NCBI GenBank assembly: GCA_001773775.1
Contig: MEXR01000032.1
Location: 7,266-71,265, forward strand
Length of the DNA stretch: 64,000 bases
DNA from: Candidatus Amesbacteria bacterium RIFOXYB1_FULL_44_23
GTDB taxonomy: Bacteria; Patescibacteriota; Microgenomatia; CAZETR01; Amesbacteraceae
Direction of reading: 5' to 3'
Below are positions 43,863 to 52,199 of this stretch, piece by piece (within the stretch, counting starts at the first letter, position 1; every line of letters begins with the position of its first letter). Under the pieces are notes generated by a model. That model ran no database searches, was not told the origin of the DNA, and saw only the letters and a list, made by a program, of their open reading frames with translations. The translations under genes were made by a program, and so were the position numbers.

Positions 43863-44776
43863 CCAATAGTTTCTGGCTCGAGAACGGATTTTAAACGTTG
43901 AGCAAACTGGGTTGGGTTTTGATAGCGATCTTTAGATTCTTTGGCTAAAGCTTTTTGAAAGATAGTAACTAATTCAGAAGGTGCGTTTGGAATTGAATTG
44001 GGATCTAGGCTAGCTCCGTTTTGGAAATCGTTGTAGTCTGGTAAACGGCCACCTAAGGCTTGGTAAGCTACTGCTGCTAAGCTGTAGACCTGGGCTTGGG
44101 GATTGGCGACTTCAATTTGACCTGCCTGAGTCCAGGTAAAGGTATTTAATTCTGGAGGGGAATAGACTTCGTTGGTACCGACTAGTCCGTGTTGGGTGAC
44201 CGTGGAAACAGTCATACCCAGATCTGAGAGGGCGTATGATCCATCGTCCCTGCGCCAGATTTGGGCGGGGCTAATGTCTGTATTTATGACCTGTTCAGTT
44301 TCTCTCAGATAATCGAGAGCTGAGGCTATCTGAGTGACCATGGCAGCGACTTGTGGCAACCGGTCAGAAGAAGGAAGGGTGGCTATGTGTTCTGTGGCGG
44401 TTACGGGAAGAAATTCCCGAACCAAGGCTGGGAATTTCTTGGTTGAGGTTAGAGGTATCTCAGTTGTAGCGTATGCCAAAGCCAGATTCGGGTGTGTATT
44501 TTTCATTAGTATTTCAGCCTCAATTTTGAATTGATCGGCTATTAAATTATCCCCATAAGCCAGGACAGTATTTCCCCGGGGAAACAGCATTTTTACTACT
44601 ACTTTCTTACCTTTTAGCTTGCCTTGGTAAGTAATGGCAAAGTCACCTGCTCCCAGGGGTGAATTAAGGTCGATAGTCAGGCCAGAAGGAGTTTGGGGAG
44701 CCCACTCTTTTTTTGAGGATAAGGCCCGAACGACGGCTGCCGGACGGTCTTGGCTGATTTCAGGATTGGAATCCAT
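43859..44776 (-). CDS. Eukaryotic-like protein kinase domain protein with atypical catalytic loop (possible pseudokinase)
   Basis: Gly-loop LGAGDFAITYQGKL, VVVK lysine, DFG-like SDLG, APE-like YSPPE; but HRD is replaced by INTDISPAQI. Confidence 0.5.
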   Translation of the reverse strand: MDSNPEISQDRPAAVVRALSSKKEWAPQTPSGLTIDLNSPLGAGDFAITYQGKLKGKKVVVKMLFPRGNTVLAYGDNLIADQFKIEAEILMKNTHPNLALAYATTEIPLTSTKKFPALVREFLPVTATEHIATLPSSDRLPQVAAMVTQIASALDYLRETEQVINTDISPAQIWRRDDGSYALSDLGMTVSTVTQHGLVGTNEVYSPPELNTFTWTQAGQIEVANPQAQVYSLAAVAYQALGGRLPDYNDFQNGASLDPNSIPNAPSELVTIFQKALAKESKDRYQNPTQFAQRLKSVLEPETIG

Positions 44777-44820
44777 AGATTAGTTAGATTATATGTTAAG
44801 TAATATAAATTTAAAGCGAG

Positions 44821-44905
44821 GGGCCCGCGCTCGAAGACTAGTTGCGTTTTTAAACTTTACGTAGAACGTAAAGAACACAATTTTGTCTTATGTGAGCGCG
44901 GGCCC
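44821..44905. repeat. Perfect 12-bp GC-rich inverted repeat (GGGCCCGCGCTC / GAGCGCGGGCCC) with 61-nt loop
   Basis: Read directly; lies between two same-strand genes (downstream of 44922..46268, upstream of the kinase-like gene). Confidence 0.6.
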
Positions 44906-44921
44906 AGGCAGTGATGAGTTT

Positions 44922-46268
44922 CTATCGTTTGAACAGGTTTTCAGGTCTTAGGTCTGGCAAAGGGATTTCTGTAATTTCATAGAGTGGACTATATTTCGCT
45001 CTGGTGGCCTCCCACCATTGCCAGCCTTGTCCTACCTCTAGCCACGTTGATTCAGGAGAAGCCCCGTGCCCGTTCCAATCCTTGTTTGAAAGGATCCACG
45101 CACAATTCCAAAGGAGGTCCTTTGGGTTGAAAAAACTTTGTGAATCGATTCGAATGCACCCGCCTGGTGGGCACAAATAACCTAGTGGGCGAACGGGTGC
45201 CGACAGAACAGTGAACCAAACATATTTGTTCACTATCAGTAGCACCGCTACGTGCGCCTGTTGTCTGTTCGTAGCGTCTACTCCTGCGTAGATACGGACA
45301 CTTCCATTTGAGTGGCCATCTCCTTTTTTATGCAGACAGTAGCCGGCTGAACAGACTGTAGCAGCGGTTAAGGCTGCTTTTATAACTTGCTCCGATTCAT
45401 TTCCTAACTGATCACCCCATCCAGGTAGGGGCGATCCATGCCGTGTTGACATCCAAACGGCTTCCGAAAGCGAGGCCGCAGTGAGGGGTGGTCCTAAAAG
45501 TTCAGGACCCGCGTCGCTAGATAGCAGTGTGGCGATTGAGGCTAGTACAAATACTCTGGACAACACTACTACTGCGCCGTCCGTTATGAATTCGTACCCG
45601 ACCGTTTTATACGCCAGTGATGCGATAGTCGCAACACTGGTGTCATTGGCCTCAAAAGCTATAACCTCTTCATTTTCTGGGAATGAATCACACCAGAATA
45701 TTGAAGTCTCGCTATCATCAGTCGTAGGCTGCCAAGGGCTTGAGGTCAATGTCCCATTGCATGTAAGAGCTTGCCACATTAATGTAGCAGAGTTTCCAAC
45801 AACAACCCCATCATCTCTGGCAAAAACTATGCTTCCACTTTCCCTGGACACGGCGGTACTCCAGGTATAGTAGTGGTGAATTTCCCCAGATTGGGGAGGG
45901 GCGACAAAAAAGTCATAAATTCCCCCGTTGGGGTTTATTTCCCAACCAAAATTCATCCGGAGAACTTGCTCTAGTGTTACGTCTACCCCACACAGTGTGC
46001 GGATAGAATCGGTTGCGAATTGCCAAGGGTTTGTTACTCCGGCTGGTATTTCAACCCTGCATATAGGGGTTTTGAGATCGAGAACTGGTTCTGGGTTTAC
46101 ATTTTCGATAGCTGGCTGAGAAGCCGGCTGAACTGAATCCGACGAGGCATTGATTAAGTCTGTTGGGGCTTTGTCGGGAATGGCGGTGGCAGTTGGTCCG
46201 CCACATTTTGCGGCCATTATAAAAACTGAACTGGCCAGCATCAATCGAACAAGCTTATTAAGCTTCAT
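44922..46268 (-). CDS. Secreted hypothetical protein (448 aa), Cys-containing C-terminal domain
   Basis: Signal peptide (LVRLMLASSVFIMAAKCG); no confident family. Preceded by a ~95-nt purine-rich leader. Confidence 0.5.
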   Translation of the reverse strand: MKLNKLVRLMLASSVFIMAAKCGGPTATAIPDKAPTDLINASSDSVQPASQPAIENVNPEPVLDLKTPICRVEIPAGVTNPWQFATDSIRTLCGVDVTLEQVLRMNFGWEINPNGGIYDFFVAPPQSGEIHHYYTWSTAVSRESGSIVFARDDGVVVGNSATLMWQALTCNGTLTSSPWQPTTDDSETSIFWCDSFPENEEVIAFEANDTSVATIASLAYKTVGYEFITDGAVVVLSRVFVLASIATLLSSDAGPELLGPPLTAASLSEAVWMSTRHGSPLPGWGDQLGNESEQVIKAALTAATVCSAGYCLHKKGDGHSNGSVRIYAGVDATNRQQAHVAVLLIVNKYVWFTVLSAPVRPLGYLCPPGGCIRIDSQSFFNPKDLLWNCAWILSNKDWNGHGASPESTWLEVGQGWQWWEATRAKYSPLYEITEIPLPDLRPENLFKR

Positions 46269-46678
46269 TGTGATCTCCTTTTCTTTTTCTTTTGGTCGTT
46301 TTTTTTGGCCCTTTTTCTTCCTATGCTTCTTCCTTTTTCCTTTTTTTATCCTTTCTTAGCCTCTCTGAACCGGTGGGCTGGAAAACCGAGATTGCTTTTA
46401 GGTCCCATGGATGCAATCCGCAAAAGGGGATACCAATTTGAGTTATCCCGCTTAACGGATTGCACCGTAGACCTATAGCTTTATAGAACTACATCACTAC
46501 CATTTTAATGTGCTAGATTGCAAAAAAGGCGCAAATAGTTCCTTGGAATTCAAGAAACCTGCGCCTGATTTACATGGATATATCCTATAATAAATATAGT
46601 CGAAAGTCAAGTATTATAGGGTATTTGCCGGTAAGGGTGGATTTTGGAGCCTGTGTGGGAGTATGATGGGGAGGCTTT

Positions 46679-47575
46679 ATGGCTAAAAAAGTAACCAAGG
46701 CGGTGATTCCGGCGGCTGGGTTTGGGACCCGGTTTTTGCCTCAAACCAAGGCTATGCCAAAGCAAATGTTACCAATCGTAGACAAGCCTATTATTCAGTA
46801 CGTGGTAGAGGGGCTGGTGAAGTCGGGAATTGAGGATATTATCGTGGTCACCAACTACCACGAACGGGCGATTGAGGATCATTTTGACCGACCACATGCC
46901 GATCTGACTGAGAACATCTTGATGGGTGGTGAGAAGAAACGACCACTTCTTGATATCCTAAACGAGATTTCAGACATGGCTAATTTTGTATATGTCAGAC
47001 AGAAGGGGCCGTATGGTAACGGAACCCCATTATTAAACGTCAGGAACCTGGTCGGAGATGAACCGTTTATATATACCTGGAGCGATGAGTTTATTGATAC
47101 CAATGGAGGCAAGTCGGTATTTGAGCAGCTGATCGAGGTGTACAACGAATACGGCTGTTCGGTGATGGGCTCGATAAGAGCCAGATCTGATGAAGACTAC
47201 AAGCGGTTTGGGTTTGCAGCCGGCAAGGAATTAAGACCGGGTTTAATTGACGCTGACGCAATTATTGAAAAGCCGGGAAAGGAGAAGGCTCCTTCAAACC
47301 TAGCTCAGGTGACGGCTTATTTGTTTACTCCGGAAATCTTTGCCAAAATTTCTGAGGCCAAGGACAGGCTAAAAGAAGGGGAAGAGCTATGGTATAACGA
47401 TGCGCTCAAATTGATGCTGGCTGATGGTCAAAGGGTTCTGGCTAAAGAAATTGAGGGGGGAATTTATCGTGACGCGGGAACAAAAATTGAATATCTGAAG
47501 ACGGTGGTTTCAATGGCAATGAAACACCCTGAAGTGGGGGAAGAATTTTCAAAGTGGCTTAGGGAATTGAAGTAA
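46679..47575 (+). CDS. galU: UTP--glucose-1-phosphate uridylyltransferase
   Basis: KAVIPAAGFGTRFLPQTKAMPKQMLPIVDKPIIQY is the canonical GalU N-terminus. Confidence 0.85.
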   Translation: MAKKVTKAVIPAAGFGTRFLPQTKAMPKQMLPIVDKPIIQYVVEGLVKSGIEDIIVVTNYHERAIEDHFDRPHADLTENILMGGEKKRPLLDILNEISDMANFVYVRQKGPYGNGTPLLNVRNLVGDEPFIYTWSDEFIDTNGGKSVFEQLIEVYNEYGCSVMGSIRARSDEDYKRFGFAAGKELRPGLIDADAIIEKPGKEKAPSNLAQVTAYLFTPEIFAKISEAKDRLKEGEELWYNDALKLMLADGQRVLAKEIEGGIYRDAGTKIEYLKTVVSMAMKHPEVGEEFSKWLRELK

Positions 47576-47622
47576 GTTAATAATCAAGAACTTTGCAGGT
47601 TGAATAGTTTCAGGAAACAAGT

Positions 47623-47904
47623 CTAGCGTTCGGATGAAAACCCGCGTCTTTCTGATCCTCTTTCACGCCGGTATCTGTACACTTCTGCCTTTAATTCATT
47701 TCCCGATTGACCGGTTGCAAGGTTAGTAAGGTATGGACATCCGGCGTGAACGCACTTAGCAAAGACCCCTCCAGCAGTTTGACAATTAGAGTCTTTTTTA
47801 GAGGGATGGTTGCAAACGTATTCAGGATGGTTTGGCATATGGCGGAAAAGAAGCATTGTACTAACTGGATAGTAAGATTTTAAGTGGGAGATTTGGATGA
47901 CCAA
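47623..47904 (-). CDS. Small Cys/His-rich protein, hypothetical
   Basis: HPEYVCNHPSKKDSNCQTAGGVFAKCVHAGCPY; the start is possibly the internal Met. Confidence 0.3.
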   Translation of the reverse strand: MVIQISHLKSYYPVSTMLLFRHMPNHPEYVCNHPSKKDSNCQTAGGVFAKCVHAGCPYLTNLATGQSGNELKAEVYRYRRERGSERRGFSSER

Positions 47905-48378
47905 AAAGGCCTTAAATATGATAAAATACAGTTATGTCTAGTAGAATTAATAAGATAAAACCGAGAGTGTCAGATGCGGTTGACGGGGGAGAGGGAACAG
48001 AGATTCACCGAGATAGGTCAGAAGAACATCTGGACCATCGATTTGGATATGGAAGGGAGCTATCTCAGGGAGATACTTCTGACTTTTATCAGCCCGGACG
48101 GAGGGTTTCGGTGGAAGAGGCGCGGCTTCGTCAATTGAGCTTGCAGGAAGGGATGGATCAGCAGGTGGTGGATGAGAATCGGTTTCCGGAAGATCCGGAG
48201 CATGTGACTCGACGCGGGTTGCCTCCATGTCAAAGAGTGAATGATGAGGGTACACGTCGTGGTGACACTCCGGGAAGAAGGAGATAAACCAAGGCTTCTT
48301 TATTGGGAAATCGATTGATGGGTTTTTGGCTTGGGTCTTGAGGAAAAGAGAGGTTAGTGTATATTGCGAGGTAGAGCT

Positions 48379-49440
48379 ATGTTTGATTATATTTTTGGAC
48401 TGTTGTCACATGACGTCGGTATTGATTTAGGGACGGCAAATACCCTGGTACATGTTAAGGGGAAGGGGATAGTGATCCGGGAGCCGTCAGTAGTAGCCAG
48501 ACACAAAAAAACCAAACAGGTACTAGCTATCGGGGAGGAAGCCAAAAAAATGCTGGGGAGAACACCGGCGACCATTGAGGCTATCAGGCCGTTGAAAGAC
48601 GGAGTGATTTCCGACTTTGATGCGACCGAAGCCATGCTGAAAAAATACATCCTGATGGTGCACGAGTCAGGACAAATAATCCCTAAAGTTCCCCGACCGC
48701 GGGTAGTGGTGGGAATTCCTTCAGGGGTGACAGAAGTTGAAAGGCGGGCGGTACAGGAAGCGGCATTGTCGGCAGGAGCTCGGAAATGTTATCTGATTGA
48801 AGAGCCGATGGCAGCAGCCATAGGAGCGGAATTACCAATATCTGATGCCGGAGGGGTGATGGTAATTGATATCGGCGGAGGAACCAGCGAAATGGCAGTA
48901 ATTTCTCTGGGGGGGATTGTTCTTAACAGGTCAATCCGGGTGGCCGGAGATGAGATGGATGAGGCCATCATCCATTTTATGAGGTTAAAATACAATTTAC
49001 TGTTAGGTGAAAGAACGGCTGAGGAACTTAAATTTGCCCTGGGAAATGCCCACGTAACTGCATACGGCGATAAAGACCAAATAAAGTATATGGTGGTTAG
49101 AGGCAGGGATTTGGGTACCGGCTTGCCCAGAACTATTAAAGTAACTTCTACCGAAGTGAGAGAAGCGTTGATGCCGGTTTTAAAACAGATTACGGCCGCT
49201 GCGGCAGAACTGATTGAAGAGACCCCGCCGGAACTGGTGTCGGATATTTTGGAACGGGGGATTGTTCTGGCCGGAGGCGGATCTCAAATTGTGGGGATTG
49301 AGAAGCTTTTGAGTGAAGACACCAAAATGCCGGTGTTTATCACCGAAGACCCGATGACGGCAGTGGTTCGCGGTTGCGGCAGAGTTTTAGAAGATGATGA
49401 ATTACTCAGGAAAGTAAAAGTGGTGGGGGGACTGAGATAG
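48379..49440 (+). CDS. mreB: Rod shape-determining protein MreB
   Basis: MFDYIFGLLSHDVGIDLGTANTLVHVKGKGIV..., plus the actin-fold phosphate motifs. Confidence 0.9.
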   Translation: MFDYIFGLLSHDVGIDLGTANTLVHVKGKGIVIREPSVVARHKKTKQVLAIGEEAKKMLGRTPATIEAIRPLKDGVISDFDATEAMLKKYILMVHESGQIIPKVPRPRVVVGIPSGVTEVERRAVQEAALSAGARKCYLIEEPMAAAIGAELPISDAGGVMVIDIGGGTSEMAVISLGGIVLNRSIRVAGDEMDEAIIHFMRLKYNLLLGERTAEELKFALGNAHVTAYGDKDQIKYMVVRGRDLGTGLPRTIKVTSTEVREALMPVLKQITAAAAELIEETPPELVSDILERGIVLAGGGSQIVGIEKLLSEDTKMPVFITEDPMTAVVRGCGRVLEDDELLRKVKVVGGLR

Positions 49441-49444
49441 ACAG

Positions 49445-51169
49445 GTGGCGGTAAGAAATTATAATGGGACCATGAGAAAGTTTAAGCCGGGGATAGGATT
49501 TTCGGACTTTGTGGTGACGGACCAGATGGAGAAAAGAATAAGAATCGGCGATGATCAGGAAAGGAATTTCCGGATGGGGTGGCTGGTGTGGATTTTGGTA
49601 CTGGTGGGGTTTTCCGTTTTAGGAGTCAGGCTTTTGACACTGCAGGTTTTTTTCGGAGAAAGATACCGACTGTTGTCTGATGAAAACAGAGTCAGGACAA
49701 TTAAGTTAGTGGCTCCCCGGGGGGTGATAGCTGATCGAAACGGAGTTGAACTGGCGGCAAACCGGTTGGTGGGTGAAAAGTGGAGACGGGTGTATTTGGC
49801 CGGAGAGGCGTTTTCTCACATGCTGGGTTATGTAGGAGAAGTGACGGAAGATGAAGTGGGGCTTATGAAAGAGCGGGGATTAAAGTTTCAGGTGGGGGAT
49901 TTTATCGGCAGAAGCGGAGTTGAGGAATATTATGAGGAGGCGTTAAGAGGAATTGACGGGGGAATTCTGGTGGAAGTGGATAACCAGGGTATTGCTGCCA
50001 GGCAGTTGGGTCGAAGACAGCCGGTAGGAGGGGAACGACTGATATTGGGGATTGATGCCGACTTGCAAAAGACGGGGTTTGAGGCTATGGGCAACAAGAA
50101 AGGAGCGGTAGTGGCGTCTGACCCCAAAACGGGGGAACTATTGGTGCTGACCAGTTCGCCAAGTTTTGATGCCAATAGCTTAACGGCTAATTATTCGGAT
50201 TTAATTACCAATGCCGACATGCCGTTTTTGAACAGAACGGTAGGCGGGGTGTATCCACCGGGGTCGATTTTTAAAATGATCACCACATCAGCGGCCATCG
50301 AATCAGGAGAAGTGTTGCCGGGTTTTACTTTTGAGGATGCCGGAGTGATTAAGGTAAATGAATATTCGTACTACAACTGGCTGTTTACCAAAAGGGGAGG
50401 TGTGGAGGGGACGATCGGATTTACCAGGGCGATCACCAGATCGACCGATACTTTTTTTTACAAAGTGGGTGAAAAAACCGGTCCGGAGAATATCGCTGAT
50501 TGGGCGACAAAGTTCGGATTGTCGCAAAAAACGGGAATTGATCTTCCGGGAGAAGTGACGGGGTTAATACCGGATCCAGATTGGAAGATGGAGGTTAAAA
50601 ATGAGCGGTGGTATCTGGGTGACACTTACATCATGTCAATCGGCCAGGGTGACATTCTGGTGACCCCGTTACAAATGAATGTAATGACTAATGTACTGGC
50701 CACAGGCGGAAGTAAATGCGTTCCGCATTTACTAAAGAATCCAAGCGGTAAATGTCAGACACTGCCGATGGCAAAATCGACACTGGATATCATCGAAAAG
50801 GGAATGGTGGGGGCTTGCAGCAGCGGGGGAACGGCTTACGTATTTTTTGATTGGAATGATGCGGCCAAAGCCGGACTATCCCAGGCAGCTTATACCAAAG
50901 CCCCGCCTGAGACCAAGCTGCCACTGGTAGCCTGCAAGACAGGGACGGCGGAGTACTGGGATGTGGCAAGTGGCAAAATGAAAACCCATGGCTGGCTGAC
51001 GGCTTATGCGCCGGCTGATAACCCGCAAATTTCGGTGACGGTGTTGATGGAGGGAGGCGGCGAAGGGTCGGATGTGGCTGCTCCGGTTGTTCGTAAAGTG
51101 CTGGCCAAGTACTTCGGAATAACCGACACATATCCGTATCAAAGTATCAGAAAAGGAGAAGGGGAATAA
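49445..51169 (+). CDS. mrdA: Penicillin-binding protein 2 (class B transpeptidase)
   Basis: N-terminal TM, SxxK (GSIFKMIT), SxN, KTG (CKTGTAE). Confidence 0.8.
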   Translation: MAVRNYNGTMRKFKPGIGFSDFVVTDQMEKRIRIGDDQERNFRMGWLVWILVLVGFSVLGVRLLTLQVFFGERYRLLSDENRVRTIKLVAPRGVIADRNGVELAANRLVGEKWRRVYLAGEAFSHMLGYVGEVTEDEVGLMKERGLKFQVGDFIGRSGVEEYYEEALRGIDGGILVEVDNQGIAARQLGRRQPVGGERLILGIDADLQKTGFEAMGNKKGAVVASDPKTGELLVLTSSPSFDANSLTANYSDLITNADMPFLNRTVGGVYPPGSIFKMITTSAAIESGEVLPGFTFEDAGVIKVNEYSYYNWLFTKRGGVEGTIGFTRAITRSTDTFFYKVGEKTGPENIADWATKFGLSQKTGIDLPGEVTGLIPDPDWKMEVKNERWYLGDTYIMSIGQGDILVTPLQMNVMTNVLATGGSKCVPHLLKNPSGKCQTLPMAKSTLDIIEKGMVGACSSGGTAYVFFDWNDAAKAGLSQAAYTKAPPETKLPLVACKTGTAEYWDVASGKMKTHGWLTAYAPADNPQISVTVLMEGGGEGSDVAAPVVRKVLAKYFGITDTYPYQSIRKGEGE

Positions 51170-51209
51170 TTGACTGGTTACCTAACGACATGTAAAATAT
51201 CTCACTGAT

Positions 51210-51458
51210 ATGGCAAAAACCGGAAATGGAATAGAAGGGGGACCGGGCAAACTCAGAGAAGTTTTAGTGACCGGGTCGATATTAGCAATAATGGGAATTG
51301 GCTTGATTGTTTTACTTGAACAGGGCAAGTTGGATTTGGGTCAGAGATTTTTGGAGGCAGTAGCAATATTAGGAGTGGGGGCGGGAGCTTTATCGAAGAT
51401 TAAGGATTGGATGGGAGCATTAGGTTGGACTAGTACAGATAAGGACAAGAAGAGTTGA
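51210..51458 (+). CDS. Small membrane protein, hypothetical
   Basis: 82-aa ORF with two hydrophobic segments. Confidence 0.3.
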   Translation: MAKTGNGIEGGPGKLREVLVTGSILAIMGIGLIVLLEQGKLDLGQRFLEAVAILGVGAGALSKIKDWMGALGWTSTDKDKKS

Positions 51459-51555
51459 TTGTTTGCTAATAGTGATTTGTGTTTATGCTAAGGTAGCAGA
51501 AGAGAAAAGGACACCCTTTGACACGGTGATTAAACCGCAGTAGGATGCGAAGGCC

Positions 51556-52140
51556 ATGAGTTCAAGGTCGGAATTAATTCAAAAGGCTCGGTTGCCGCAA
51601 GAGTTGGTGGAACAAACTGCATTTGAAGCATTTCGCAATGTAGTAGTTACTTATCTACCACAAACTTCTACTGATTTGTATGATTTTAATGCAGTTGCTG
51701 AACAAGATATGGGCGCATTGAGAATGGCACTTAGAGTTGATTTAATGCCGAAAGATGAACAGAAGATTTTTGATGATTTAACTACCGGGAGCTTGTTGGG
51801 CGACAGCCGGGAGCAAACTCCGTTTGAGCATTTTGCCGAGCAGATAACGGAGGACGATGTGGATAAAATGATTCCGAAAGAATTAAAGGGGCTGGCGTTA
51901 AGGTGGGTAGTGTTGGGAATAGCAGCGAGGGTGCATTTGGCTCGGCGCATGGTAGCAAATATTGCTCAAGATTCGATCCGACCAGTAGACGATATTGGTT
52001 TTAAGAGTTGGTGTGAAATTGGAGCCAATACCAGCACTATGTTTAAAATTGCAAATGGGAGAAAAGTGATTGATGGTAGGTTTGTTTTTTACCGGATATT
52101 AACCAATTCGGGAGTTAAGGCCTATTTAGGCAGTCGGTAA
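51556..52140 (+). CDS. Hypothetical protein
   Basis: 194-aa ORF; no motif. Confidence 0.4.
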   Translation: MSSRSELIQKARLPQELVEQTAFEAFRNVVVTYLPQTSTDLYDFNAVAEQDMGALRMALRVDLMPKDEQKIFDDLTTGSLLGDSREQTPFEHFAEQITEDDVDKMIPKELKGLALRWVVLGIAARVHLARRMVANIAQDSIRPVDDIGFKSWCEIGANTSTMFKIANGRKVIDGRFVFYRILTNSGVKAYLGSR

Positions 52141-52199
52141 AATTAGTGAAGGGGGATTGACGGGAAGGGTAAACTTGTGGGAACGTGTAGGGAGCATTT

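Noticed and set aside
47934-48287. 117-aa highly charged plus-strand ORF between galU and mreB
   Set aside because: It is mirrored by an equally long minus-strand ORF (47947..48255). The composition is acidic/Arg-rich with no structure, so it is likely noncoding or a leader region. It also did not match RNase P, SRP or tmRNA hallmarks by eye.
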